DNA of 64,000 bases from Neolewinella sp. (GTDB taxonomy: Bacteria; Bacteroidota; Bacteroidia; Chitinophagales; Saprospiraceae): the NCBI RefSeq assembly GCF_965214665.1, contig NZ_OZ243970.1, forward strand, positions 2,640,767 through 2,704,766, given 5' to 3'. Positions 43,179 through 52,942 of the stretch are shown here, in pieces. How positions within the stretch are numbered: the stretch's first letter is position 1; each line of letters starts with the position of its first letter. The translations under genes and the position numbers were made by a program. A model generated the notes under the pieces. It was not told the DNA's origin. It searched no databases and worked only from the letters and a program-made list of their open reading frames with translations.

Positions 43179-43260
43179 GGGTACTCAACGAAGCCAATAA
43201 CAAAGTAGCTGGTTATACGTACATTTGCTGGCTCACGTTGCATAGTGGAATAGTTCATTT

Positions 43261-45228
43261 ATGTTTGTGTGTTCTTCCCCGCGTGCTTTTCCCTGTGCTA
43301 CCCCTACAGTTCGGACTTTATACCTCCTAGTATTTTGGCTTATTAGCTTTACTACTTGTATCGCTCAGTCAGATCGAGTACTGTTGCTAGATGGGCAGCG
43401 CGCTCACTTCGGGATTCCCGACGACGATGCGCTTGATTATGGAGAGCAATTGACCATAGCTGCGTGGGTCTACCCAAATTGCCGCGAAGGACTCAAAGTT
43501 CTCGTCAGCAAGCAGTGGTGCCGGGGCGACTACGGATATTACCTTGGCATCAGGAACGATCGACTGGAGTGGTCATATAACATTGAGGGGAACTGCGGTA
43601 ACCCAAACTCGGTGCGCTCGCAGGAGGCGGTGTTCACCGAACTCGGGTGGTACCACGTTGCCGTGACCCATGATCGCGAGGGCATCCATCTATACCTCGA
43701 CGGTGCAGAAATTGCTATCGAACAGGCTGAAGGCCGGTTTACCCAGATCCGGAATAGCAGACAACCATTTCGTATTGGAGGTTACAGATTTTTGAGTGGA
43801 ACGGTAGGAGCTTTTTTCAGTGGACTGACAGACGACCTGCGCGTCTGGAACACGACACTGACGGAAGCGGAGATCGCTGCTGAGATGCGGGCGGCCACTC
43901 CACAGACTACTGCCAAACCTATCCTGGCGTTAAGCTATGATGACCTACCTAGCGGACCCATAGAAACCCTGGAGAATGAAGTAGCCAGTACCCCTATGCT
44001 AACGGCTACGAAGGTCGGTGACGGTCAGGACTTCCCCGCCATCGTCATGGCTGATTTCTACGAGCGCCCTGTTTCTTACGAACTGGAGGTGAGCGACGCG
44101 AACTGCGAAGTCGTGACGTTAGGTGTACGACCAGGGACGTTTGAGTCTATCATATGGAGTACAGGCCAGACGAGTGAGACTATCCAGGTTGATGAGTCCG
44201 GCGTCTACTCAGCTCAGATCACCGTGGAGGCCTGCCGGACCTACGTAGACTCCATTGACGTCCAACTTGGTGGAGGGCAGGGGGTTGTCGAGAGTATTAG
44301 TCTTTGCCGGGGCGACTCGGTAAGAATAGGAGATCGCTTTTATCAAGCTCCCTTTACGCTGATTGATACTGTGGCTACCGCGGACGGATGCGATAGTATC
44401 ATCACCTACCAGCTTGAGCTGGCCGGGGATGAGGGAGTGGGCTCTCAGACCATAACTACTTGCCGGAATGAACCCCGACGGATTGGTGGAATACTAATGC
44501 AACCTGGTGACTCCACTCAACTTAGTCTGCTGTCTAGCGAAGGTTGTGATAGTTTAGTGAATGTTCTTCTGCTATATGTGCCGGCTACGGTACGCGATAC
44601 CATATTATTTACCTGCGACTCGACTACGGCAGCCATCTTTGAAGACTCCATTTCGGTGAACGTTGGAGAAACCTTGCAGATAACGACTGTTAACGCTGGA
44701 GGATGTGATGAGCTACTCTCCGTTACCGCCCGAGTATCCCCCACCTTGTCGATACTACCAAGTGATACGACCGTATGTGGCGATCAACTTAATCTAAGTA
44801 GTTTGGTAGGCCCAGTAATTTGGCAGGGGGCTGCTGATACCACAAGTGCCCTCACCATATCCAACTCCGGCACGTACACCGCGACGTATACCGCCCCGAC
44901 GGGTTGTACCTACTCCGAATCTATCAACGTTACGCTTGCCCCAGATCGGGTATACGTGCCCTCCGCCTTCTCCCCAAATGACGATGGGATCAACGACTGC
45001 TTTTCTCCTAGTTTCGCACTAGGTGCCGATTTTAGGGCTTTCACTTTACGTATCTATGACCGTTGGGGCGGGCTACTCTTCTCGACCAACGATCCACGAG
45101 TGTGTTGGGATGGTGAAGGAAAAGGTACTGCTGTTGACACGAATGTTTACCTATACGTCATTGACTACGAACGGACGGGGTGCCCGGATGAAGTACAATT
45201 ATCTGGGCTGGTGCACCTTGTGCGTTGA
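43261..45228 (+). CDS. LamG/concanavalin-like domain surface protein with a T9SS type-B (gliding-associated) C-terminal sorting domain
   Basis: LamG-like LTIAAWVYP...WYHVAVTHDREGIHLYLDG...FSGLTDDLRVWNTTLTEAEI. C-terminal VYVPSAFSPNDDGINDCFSP...RIYDRWGGLLFST...CWDG...YLYVIDY. Confidence 0.75.
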   Translation: MFVCSSPRAFPCATPTVRTLYLLVFWLISFTTCIAQSDRVLLLDGQRAHFGIPDDDALDYGEQLTIAAWVYPNCREGLKVLVSKQWCRGDYGYYLGIRNDRLEWSYNIEGNCGNPNSVRSQEAVFTELGWYHVAVTHDREGIHLYLDGAEIAIEQAEGRFTQIRNSRQPFRIGGYRFLSGTVGAFFSGLTDDLRVWNTTLTEAEIAAEMRAATPQTTAKPILALSYDDLPSGPIETLENEVASTPMLTATKVGDGQDFPAIVMADFYERPVSYELEVSDANCEVVTLGVRPGTFESIIWSTGQTSETIQVDESGVYSAQITVEACRTYVDSIDVQLGGGQGVVESISLCRGDSVRIGDRFYQAPFTLIDTVATADGCDSIITYQLELAGDEGVGSQTITTCRNEPRRIGGILMQPGDSTQLSLLSSEGCDSLVNVLLLYVPATVRDTILFTCDSTTAAIFEDSISVNVGETLQITTVNAGGCDELLSVTARVSPTLSILPSDTTVCGDQLNLSSLVGPVIWQGAADTTSALTISNSGTYTATYTAPTGCTYSESINVTLAPDRVYVPSAFSPNDDGINDCFSPSFALGADFRAFTLRIYDRWGGLLFSTNDPRVCWDGEGKGTAVDTNVYLYVIDYERTGCPDEVQLSGLVHLVR

Positions 45229-45252
45229 TTAGGTAATCCCATAGAGTAGGTT

Positions 45253-46170
45253 TCATTCACCCTTTTTACTACGTGTCAACCGCTGGGAAAGGCCCCGAAA
45301 GTAACCGGCCGCCTTAGCAATGCGGTAGCGGTGCCCGGGATGAGTAGGCTGCAGAGGCAGCAATAGGGCGCTATAGGTTAACTTGATCAGCATAGCCAAG
45401 GTATGCAGTACACTCGGGTGTTGCTCTCCCCGGTAAATACTGGCGTGAAAGATGCGATCGGCGGCGTACTCCGCGGTAACCATGGCGGCACTTACGTGAT
45501 GATCTACACCCGCACGTTTGACGAACACCGGCACGGCGCCGCACTGTAGTAGGCGCTGTTGGGCATCTGTCTCCTGACCGCGCGCGCCCGTACTGGCACC
45601 GGGCCCAAATGCCGCCCTAAAATTACCGGCGGCCCGGAGGTCGCTGGCAAAACAGGCCCAACAGGCCCCCATAAAATAGGTGAAGTCATCGACTATACGC
45701 AGTTCCTCCCCGTGGGAGTGATCGATGAGACGGGCGGATGGCGGCAAATAGGGCACTACTTCGCCAGCGGGAGGTAGTTCGTAGGCGGGGTACAGCACAC
45801 CTCCGAAAAAGTGACCGGGTCCCAGCTGGTGGGCAGCGCGTTGGAACGCGGCTACCGACCCGGGACGGACGGCAACGTCATCATCCAGGAAGATGAAAAG
45901 AGCATTATGGGGAAGTAAATTAATAACATGATTGAGTGCCAGACTTTTATTGCCACGCGCTAGGTGAGTGTAGCGGATGGGCAGCGTGGTGTACCCCCTT
46001 ACGACTTGTTCGGCTTCCTGCGACCCGTTTTCTATCACCTCTACGGTACAGGCGTGTAGCTCTTCGTCCATTGCGGCGAGACTATCGAGGCAGCGGCGCA
46101 GTAGATCATTGCGACGGTGCGTGGGAATGAGCAAGTGAGTGGTCAGCTTAGGTAATTTTACTGCTTGCAA
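45253..46170 (-). CDS. Glycosyltransferase family 2-like
   Basis: LLIPTHRRNDLLRRCLDSL... and the FLDDDV (DxD) motif. Confidence 0.65.
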   Translation of the reverse strand: MQAVKLPKLTTHLLIPTHRRNDLLRRCLDSLAAMDEELHACTVEVIENGSQEAEQVVRGYTTLPIRYTHLARGNKSLALNHVINLLPHNALFIFLDDDVAVRPGSVAAFQRAAHQLGPGHFFGGVLYPAYELPPAGEVVPYLPPSARLIDHSHGEELRIVDDFTYFMGACWACFASDLRAAGNFRAAFGPGASTGARGQETDAQQRLLQCGAVPVFVKRAGVDHHVSAAMVTAEYAADRIFHASIYRGEQHPSVLHTLAMLIKLTYSALLLPLQPTHPGHRYRIAKAAGYFRGLSQRLTRSKKGE

Positions 46171-47566
46171 GGTGGGAGCGAAGGTAATAAGTACCCAATC
46201 CGGTACCCATTAGCAGGCCGGTCAGGGACCAGAGTCTCAGGTACAGAGGCCATAAGCTGATGGTATATGCCAGTACCCCTACTCCTAGGGTCGCGAGTAG
46301 CCAACGGGTCGGATAATAGGGACGCTGGGCCAGTTTGGTGTAGGTCGTGGAATAGTAGCGGGAGTAGGCTAGGTACTGGTAGCTGATGAACGTAGTGACC
46401 GCGGCCGCCTCGATTCCATACCGCGGGATGAGCAGAAAATTAAGCAGCACGTTAAGTCCGCCGGCGATGACGGAATGCAGGCCGATCGTCTTGGTCTTCT
46501 CGTAATAAAACAGCCGGTTGTTGGCTCCCATATACATGGGCGTGCTCACTAGCGCGGTGCAGATCATCACCGACAGGGGATAAACCCCGTTCAAATCTGC
46601 ATTACGGAAGAGAAAGGCAAACAATTCCTTAGCAATGCAGGCATAGGAGAGAAGCGCCACGAAAAACAGGGCCTGGCTTACAAACAGGATATTTCGCAGT
46701 AGGTCTTCTTTCCGCGAACTGATCAGCTGAAGAATGTGCGGTGCCAGGGTGCGGCTGTAGGCCAGCGAAAGCGTAGAAAAGATGGTCGCTCCCGTGTAAG
46801 CGACATTATACGCCCCAATACGGTCGGTAGTCACACCGGTCACGTCCATGACTACCCGATCCGATTGATCGAGTAAGTATTGCGCGTTTTGGTGGGGCAC
46901 AACCGGCAAACCGATCCCGAGAGCCTGACGGATGGTACGCCACTTGAAGTTGAAGATGGGAGTAATCTTCTCCTGGCGGTTGAGAGGGATCCACCAGGAG
47001 ATGTTGGTCAGTAACTGCGTGATGAACAAGGCCCAGAACCACCCCATGTACCCCATCCGCAGGTAGCCGATGGTGACCAGCGTGATGATCACGTTAAGTA
47101 CTCCGAACACGGCGCTTCGTAAACCGATTTGTAGCGGCTTTTGGCGCAGTTGATAGTAGAGGGTGGCGATTTTTTCCGTAGGGCCGAAGACCACCATCGG
47201 CGCTACGTTCAATGCTACGATGAGTAGTCGGTCGTCCGCCGCCGCCTCCGGAATGGCCCAGTACAGCACCAGAGCGACTACAACTGCGAAGATGACGTTC
47301 CAGACTGAGAGAAAGCCGTAGACCTGCCGCCAGAGCCACTTGTATTGATGCCTGGATTTGAAGAAGCAGTTAGAAAGGGTAACGAACAGACCGAGCGTGT
47401 AAAAAACGCCGAAGAAACCCGTGTAGGCGGTCACAATCCCGAAGAGGCCGTAGTCTTCCCGCGTCAGAAAGGGGGTGATGAGGGGCAGCACCGCGATGCC
47501 TGCAATCTTGGGGATAAAGGGTGCGATGCCGTAGATGCCGAAGTCGCCTAGCAGTTTTTTCAGCAT
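46148..47566 (-). CDS. wzx: Polysaccharide/oligosaccharide flippase (Wzx, MOP superfamily)
   Basis: About 12 TM helices. The N-terminal LLGDFGIYGIAPFIPKIAGIAVLPLITPFLTREDYGLFG is typical of polysaccharide biosynthesis flippases. Confidence 0.8.
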   Translation of the reverse strand: MLKKLLGDFGIYGIAPFIPKIAGIAVLPLITPFLTREDYGLFGIVTAYTGFFGVFYTLGLFVTLSNCFFKSRHQYKWLWRQVYGFLSVWNVIFAVVVALVLYWAIPEAAADDRLLIVALNVAPMVVFGPTEKIATLYYQLRQKPLQIGLRSAVFGVLNVIITLVTIGYLRMGYMGWFWALFITQLLTNISWWIPLNRQEKITPIFNFKWRTIRQALGIGLPVVPHQNAQYLLDQSDRVVMDVTGVTTDRIGAYNVAYTGATIFSTLSLAYSRTLAPHILQLISSRKEDLLRNILFVSQALFFVALLSYACIAKELFAFLFRNADLNGVYPLSVMICTALVSTPMYMGANNRLFYYEKTKTIGLHSVIAGGLNVLLNFLLIPRYGIEAAAVTTFISYQYLAYSRYYSTTYTKLAQRPYYPTRWLLATLGVGVLAYTISLWPLYLRLWSLTGLLMGTGLGTYYLRSHLASSKIT

Positions 47567-48888
47567 GTAGCTGGAGTCTCTCCACTTTCTGGCTTCGCTA
47601 AAATAGAAGCGATCACTTTCCGAGATAGTTCTGCTGAATGTCCATCGTACGGCGTACCCAGGGGCGCATAGTAGTACTTAGCCCGGTGTCGGACTGTTTC
47701 CTTTTTGGTTTGATTATGCTGAATGTAGCGGACGACCTCAGAGTAGTTGTCTGCTCTGTCTACTAAACCGTTTGCTACATACGCGTACAGATCGACTATC
47801 TCACTGTGGGTGAAGTATAGCGAGACGACGTTGAGTAATACAGCCTCTAGGTGAATGGACGAGCTTCCATTGATGATCATATCCACCGAACCGAGGTAAT
47901 CGAAAGCTGATTCGACGACTGGATTGGAGAGCTCCACCGTGTTTGTACTGCTTGGTAACTCACCTAGGTCGACGGTGCGCGGGTCAGCTGGATGTTTACG
48001 TACCCTGATGCGAAGTCCGCTACAGTGCATCAGTATGTACGATGTTAACCTAGCAATGTCATCGAGGCTATCATCCGGACCAAAAGGGATACCAAGTACT
48101 TCTACCCGCTCCTTGTCATTGATGCGTGAGAAGAAGTGATCTAGTTTTGGCATCCCTACTAGGTGAAACTTCGTTTGGGTTTCCGGGTCGATTAGCATAA
48201 ATTTATCCAACGTATCCTGCCCCTCTACGCAAGCGTGAGCGAACCGCATGGGGGGAAAGTCACTCATCACCGAGGCATGCTGGAAGAAAACTGTGGGAAT
48301 ACCGGCTTGGTTTCCGGCGTGCATCATGGCCCGGCAGTGGACTGAGTGGTCATTGCCTATGATGATGGCACGTGGCTGGTACCGCGCAAGAAACTGCGAG
48401 AACACTTCGAACTGACCTATGCCGCGAACGAAATAATGAAACATCCTGGCGAAGTGCTTAGGTTGCCTATATAGCGTGCGCCACATAATGGGTAAGTAGT
48501 TCAGTACGTAGCGTAGTGGAACCGCAGCGTAGTAAGGGAGGATAATTGTCTGACCGGAAGCATCCCACTGCGCTGCACGTGGTTCGTGCGATACGAAAAC
48601 AACATCTTGCAACCCAGTTTGTAGAAAACTGAGACTGTCAAACTGATTTTTTGTATTGTACAGCACCCAAGTCCGGTGACGTAAATACTCTTCTACTGCA
48701 GGAGTAGAGGTAGTAAAAAAAGCGTTCAACTGTACGAACACCTCCTTGGCGGCCGCGCGAAGACGCAAAAGCACATTGGGTTCGTAGACCACGTGGGCGT
48801 GCCTACGGCGATTAAGGTAAGCTTTCCTACTTAGGTAAAGCGCGAAGATGTCCTCTCGAAGTTCTTGGTCCGTTAGTCTTCTCATCAA
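47560..48888 (-). CDS. Hypothetical protein (442 aa); candidate GT-B-like transferase for the nonulosonic acid
   Basis: Soluble, with two Rossmann-like halves suggested by the composition (IIIGNDHS...GIPTVFFQHAS). Sits between the flippase and the pse genes. No motif firmly recognised. Confidence 0.45.
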   Translation of the reverse strand: MMRRLTDQELREDIFALYLSRKAYLNRRRHAHVVYEPNVLLRLRAAAKEVFVQLNAFFTTSTPAVEEYLRHRTWVLYNTKNQFDSLSFLQTGLQDVVFVSHEPRAAQWDASGQTIILPYYAAVPLRYVLNYLPIMWRTLYRQPKHFARMFHYFVRGIGQFEVFSQFLARYQPRAIIIGNDHSVHCRAMMHAGNQAGIPTVFFQHASVMSDFPPMRFAHACVEGQDTLDKFMLIDPETQTKFHLVGMPKLDHFFSRINDKERVEVLGIPFGPDDSLDDIARLTSYILMHCSGLRIRVRKHPADPRTVDLGELPSSTNTVELSNPVVESAFDYLGSVDMIINGSSSIHLEAVLLNVVSLYFTHSEIVDLYAYVANGLVDRADNYSEVVRYIQHNQTKKETVRHRAKYYYAPLGTPYDGHSAELSRKVIASILAKPESGETPATC

Positions 48889-49106
48889 TTAGCATGGCAA
48901 GGTAAGTACTGGCAATTGAAACGTCACACTCTGGTATCGACACTTTCCAGAATTGATAGCAGCAATTCGAGTACCTACCGACGCCTGTTTTAAGAAGCTT
49001 AAGTGGTAAAGTATCCGTTTACTACCCGCAGCAGGTGTGCGTTGGAACCACTACCTTTGGCTGAGTGGCGGTGAAATACGTAGCACAGAATAACAGTTAC
49101 CCACCA

Positions 49107-49727
49107 ATGGCATACAAGACCTCACAGGAGCAATTTTGGGCCGGATCATTCGGCGATGAGTATATTAGCCGGAACCAAGGTGAATCCCTACTAGCCTCCA
49201 ATCTGAATTTTTTCTCCAAAGCCCTAGAGCGGGCGGATAAACCCGGCAAAATAATAGAATTTGGGGCGAATATAGGGATGAACCTTAGGGCGCTACAACT
49301 TTTATTTCCTGAAGCCGAACTGGCTGCAATCGAGATTAATCAGGCCGCGGCCTCCCAGCTCGCGCAACTAATCGGCGACCGGAACACTCATAATGTTTCT
49401 ATATTAGACTTCAAGGCATCAGAGCAGTATGACTTGGCCTTTATAAAAGGAGTCTTGATCCACATTAATCCGGCTATTTTACCTGAAGTTTATGAGAAGA
49501 TCTATCTGAGCAGCAGTAAGTACATCCTCTTGGGTGAATACTACAACCCCTCCCCGGTGACAATTCCCTACCGCGGCCATACGGACCGTCTGTTCAAACG
49601 CGATTTTGCGGGCGAATTACTCGACCGTTATAGCGATCTACATTTAGTAGATTATGGTTTTGCCTACAGGCGGGACCCATCATTTCCTCAGGATGATATC
49701 AACTGGTTCTTGCTCGAAAAGAAATGA
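49107..49727 (+). CDS. Pseudaminic acid biosynthesis-associated methylase (class I SAM MTase)
   Basis: MAYKTSQEQFWAGSFGDEYISRN... and IIEFGANIGMNL (SAM motif I). It resembles the Pse_Me-ase family and is adjacent to the pse genes. It is the only plus-strand gene in the locus. Confidence 0.65.
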   Translation: MAYKTSQEQFWAGSFGDEYISRNQGESLLASNLNFFSKALERADKPGKIIEFGANIGMNLRALQLLFPEAELAAIEINQAAASQLAQLIGDRNTHNVSILDFKASEQYDLAFIKGVLIHINPAILPEVYEKIYLSSSKYILLGEYYNPSPVTIPYRGHTDRLFKRDFAGELLDRYSDLHLVDYGFAYRRDPSFPQDDINWFLLEKK

Positions 49728-49760
49728 GAGCTTCCAGCCCGGTGGTCTTCTGCCAATTAA

Positions 49761-50801
49761 TCAGCCTCTGTAGGGATCGCCTCTTTGCCAATCGCGGTCG
49801 GATCGTCGACCTAATACCTCCTCATAAAATTTGGGGGCGAGCCCATCCCCCGGGCGAATCACCCGTAGGTTCTCCCGGGTAAGTACCTCACCGGCGGCAA
49901 TATCCTTCACGACATAGACGGACCGCTTAAACTGCCGGCTCTTCTCCTCCGCTTTCTGGGTGTCTAGTTGCACGCCCCCCAGCCCCTGCCACGCCCGCTC
50001 GGTCTCGGTGACCAGGGCGGCGAGCTCCTCCGGCTCCAGACTGAAGGCACTATCTACTCCCCCATCGGCCCGCCGTAGCGTAAAGTGCTTTTCGATTACT
50101 GTGGCGCCTAGGGCCACCGCGGCTACAGATACGCCGATGCCCATGGTATGATCCGATAGTCCTACGGTACAGTCCGGAAATACGGATTGGAAAACCGGGA
50201 TGGTACGTAGGTTGGTATTCTCAGGGGTGGCGGGGTAGGTGCTGGTACACTTGAGTACGCAAATCTGCCGGGCGCCGGCTTCACGCAGTATGCGCACTGA
50301 TTCGTAGATCTCATCCAGGCGAGAGGCTCCGGAGCTGATGATGATCGGCTTACCCGTAGCGGCAACTTTGCGGAGCAGCGGGTGATGGTTGGACTCAAAG
50401 GAGGCAATTTTGTAAGCCGGTACGTCGAGCTCTTCTAGAAAGTCGACCGCCGTCTCATCGAATGGCGAGGAAAATGCGACCATACCGAGCTCTTTTGCCC
50501 GGTCAAAGATGGGCTTGTGCCACTCCCACGGAGTATGCGCCTCGGAGTACAGCTCGTAGAGATTCTGCCCCGCCCAGAGGCTATTCTTGTCACTAATATC
50601 AAAAAGTCCACCGCGGTGGTCGATCGTGATGGTGTCCGCCGTGTAGGTTTGCAATTTCAGGGCATGGGCACCGGCAGCGGCGGCGGCATCAACCAGTTCA
50701 AGTGCCCGGTCGAGCGATTGGTTATGGTTACCCGACATTTCGGCAATGATAAAGGGCGGCTGGTCGGCGCCAATTTCGAAGCGGCCAATTTTATAGGTCA
50801 T
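49761..50801 (-). CDS. pseI: Pseudaminic acid synthase
   Basis: PPFIIAEMSGNHNQSLDRALELVDAAAAAGAHALKLQTY (NeuB/PseI fold, with the SGNHN variant typical of PseI). C-terminal SAF domain (VVKDIAAGEVLTRENLRVIRPG). Confidence 0.85.
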   Translation of the reverse strand: MTYKIGRFEIGADQPPFIIAEMSGNHNQSLDRALELVDAAAAAGAHALKLQTYTADTITIDHRGGLFDISDKNSLWAGQNLYELYSEAHTPWEWHKPIFDRAKELGMVAFSSPFDETAVDFLEELDVPAYKIASFESNHHPLLRKVAATGKPIIISSGASRLDEIYESVRILREAGARQICVLKCTSTYPATPENTNLRTIPVFQSVFPDCTVGLSDHTMGIGVSVAAVALGATVIEKHFTLRRADGGVDSAFSLEPEELAALVTETERAWQGLGGVQLDTQKAEEKSRQFKRSVYVVKDIAAGEVLTRENLRVIRPGDGLAPKFYEEVLGRRSDRDWQRGDPYRG

Positions 50802-52248
50802 AGAGCGTAAACTTTACAGCGTCTGGATGGTCGTCGGTGTCCGCCTCGCAGTAGCCCAGGCGGCGGAAGGTGATTAAAGAGGGTGTGTTGCTACGCTTGA
50901 CGTAGCCCACGATGCAGTTTACCCCACTGCGCTGACGCTGTAGGTGATTCTGGGCAAAATGTAGCATAGCCAAACCATAGCCGGCACCCCGCGCCGACTC
51001 GGCAACGGAGTAACCGATCACGGCTTCCTGCCCCTCAATCTGTAGGCGCACCTGCCCTACCGCTCGTTCACCCTCATTAAATAGGAGTAGATCGGTGTGC
51101 GGGTCCTGCAGCTTACGGGTAAACCAGGCTTCGTGGGCCACTGGGTCGATTTCTTCCAAATTGAAAGATTGCGCACGCACGAGCGGGTCGTTGGCCCAGG
51201 TGAGGTAGGTCGGACTATCCGCTTTTGTAGCTTGCCGGTAGCTCAGTCCCAATCCCCGGAATAACTTGCGGAAGCGAACGTCCTGCTGTCCGTCCAACAA
51301 CCCATGGCTTTCGGAAGTAATTTTTGATCCTGCGTCGGGGTCAGTACGCTGTAGGCTGGTTACGTCTTGGGCAAGTCCCTGCTTTAGCAGCGCCTGGTAT
51401 ATCTCCGTTTGGTTATCCGCGATCTGCTTTAGATAAAGGCGTCCACCGGCACTGAGGTATTCCAGGCAGACCGTGCTAGGGCTGGTGATCCCGTAGGCGG
51501 ATGCTTGCATCAGGGCAGCCATTTGAGTAGCGGAGAGTTGGCGGTGTAATCGTACCTCAAGGGCCGTATGCTCGAGAAACTCAGCCAGGGACGCCTCGTG
51601 CTGGTACGCCGATCCGATCACGACATCTACAGGGGCGGTGATGGATGCACTGGCCAACTGCCGGAGTACGTCGAGCGTGGCATTGTCCGGGTCGGCTCCC
51701 CCTAGGCAGACGAACACTCCATGGCGCGCGCTGCTCCCTCTGACCAGTCTGTCCCGGGCGGCCTCCCGAAAGGGGCCCCGCAGGAGAGCAAAGCGTAGAC
51801 CGAATGCAAAGTGGGTACCGGGGGCAGTACGGTAGTCGTCAATACGAGCTGCTGGTGCATGATTGATCACCAGGTGAGCGACAAATTTGGTGTGGTGTAT
51901 ATCGTCAATACAAACTAGACGGTGACCGGCAGCCAGGATGGTCTCCTGATAGGCTGTATCGAAGTGGTAGCCATCAAGCACTACGATGCTGGGTTGTACC
52001 TGGCCGTGAGTGGTGACGTAGTCAACCAAAAACTGTGCGTCAGCCATAGGACTATTGGTAGCAGCCACCTGAGTAGTCGCACAGAAAACGGTCCAATCCG
52101 CAAGCAAGCTTTCCGGACAGTCACGGTACACCAGGAAACAATCGAAGTCCGGCATCAGCATTTCGGCCAGGGCGGCGGAGCGGACCAGGTGACCCAACCC
52201 CATACGGGGGTGGCCATCCGCACGAAAAATTACGGTGGGCTTAGCCAT
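50791..52248 (-). CDS. pseG: Fused PseG (UDP-2,4-diacetamido-2,4,6-trideoxy-beta-L-altropyranose hydrolase) and PseH-like GNAT acetyltransferase
   Basis: The N-terminal VIFRADGHPRMGLGHLVRSAALAEML is the PseG motif. The C-terminal ~170 aa (YRQATKADSPTYLTWANDP...ARGAGYGLAML) is a GNAT fold. Start taken at MAKPTV (52248). Confidence 0.75.
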   Translation of the reverse strand: MAKPTVIFRADGHPRMGLGHLVRSAALAEMLMPDFDCFLVYRDCPESLLADWTVFCATTQVAATNSPMADAQFLVDYVTTHGQVQPSIVVLDGYHFDTAYQETILAAGHRLVCIDDIHHTKFVAHLVINHAPAARIDDYRTAPGTHFAFGLRFALLRGPFREAARDRLVRGSSARHGVFVCLGGADPDNATLDVLRQLASASITAPVDVVIGSAYQHEASLAEFLEHTALEVRLHRQLSATQMAALMQASAYGITSPSTVCLEYLSAGGRLYLKQIADNQTEIYQALLKQGLAQDVTSLQRTDPDAGSKITSESHGLLDGQQDVRFRKLFRGLGLSYRQATKADSPTYLTWANDPLVRAQSFNLEEIDPVAHEAWFTRKLQDPHTDLLLFNEGERAVGQVRLQIEGQEAVIGYSVAESARGAGYGLAMLHFAQNHLQRQRSGVNCIVGYVKRSNTPSLITFRRLGYCEADTDDHPDAVKFTLYDL

Positions 52249-52942
52249 GCTGCTGTAGATACTGGTACTTAAACTCGGCAAGCTGCCAGTCGGCTGGGGT
52301 GTCGATGTCCTGAGCCTGCAGCTCGCTCACTTCCAGGCAGCCCGAATTGTCCGTCCAGAGTTTACGCGCGGTTAGCACCGGCTCGGGACGAAACCAGTAG
52401 AACATCCCCGCGTCGTGGTAGCTCGGCTCGAGGTCCTGGGAGCGGGTCGATACATACTCGGGGTAGCGTAGCTGCATCCGACCATCCGGTCCTAAAACCA
52501 TGGAGCGTTGGATAGGGGACCCGTAGCGAAGAACGGGAAACACACAGTCGAACTGCTCGTGTTCAAGTAGCTTATATCCTGATTGCAGTAGCTCGGCCGT
52601 AACGAACGGACTGGCGGGGTAGATGCAACACACCTCAGTAAACCGGTGGTCCTGTTTTCCGTACTGAGCAAGTACCTCAGCAAGGGCGTCCAGGGTAGTT
52701 GCCGTATCGTCACTCGCCACGGCACTCCGGTAGAATGGCACCTTTGCACCATATTCGCGAGCGATTTGCCCGATCTCCTCATCATCGGTAGAAACCATTG
52801 CCTCATCGAATAGGCCGCTGGATAAAGCGGCCTCGATGGAGTAGGCGATGATTGGTTTGCCGAGAAAAGACTTGATATTCTTACGCGGTATCCGCTTGCT
52901 GCCCCCCCGGGCCGGGATGATAGCTAGCCTAGCCACGCACAA
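52241..52942 (-). CDS. pseF: Pseudaminic acid cytidylyltransferase
   Basis: AIIPARGGSKRIPRKNIKSFLGKPIIAYSIEAA (CMP-NeuAc synthetase-like fold). Non-ATG start (TTG or GTG) overlapping the pseC stop. Confidence 0.8.
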   Translation of the reverse strand: MCVARLAIIPARGGSKRIPRKNIKSFLGKPIIAYSIEAALSSGLFDEAMVSTDDEEIGQIAREYGAKVPFYRSAVASDDTATTLDALAEVLAQYGKQDHRFTEVCCIYPASPFVTAELLQSGYKLLEHEQFDCVFPVLRYGSPIQRSMVLGPDGRMQLRYPEYVSTRSQDLEPSYHDAGMFYWFRPEPVLTARKLWTDNSGCLEVSELQAQDIDTPADWQLAEFKYQYLQQHG

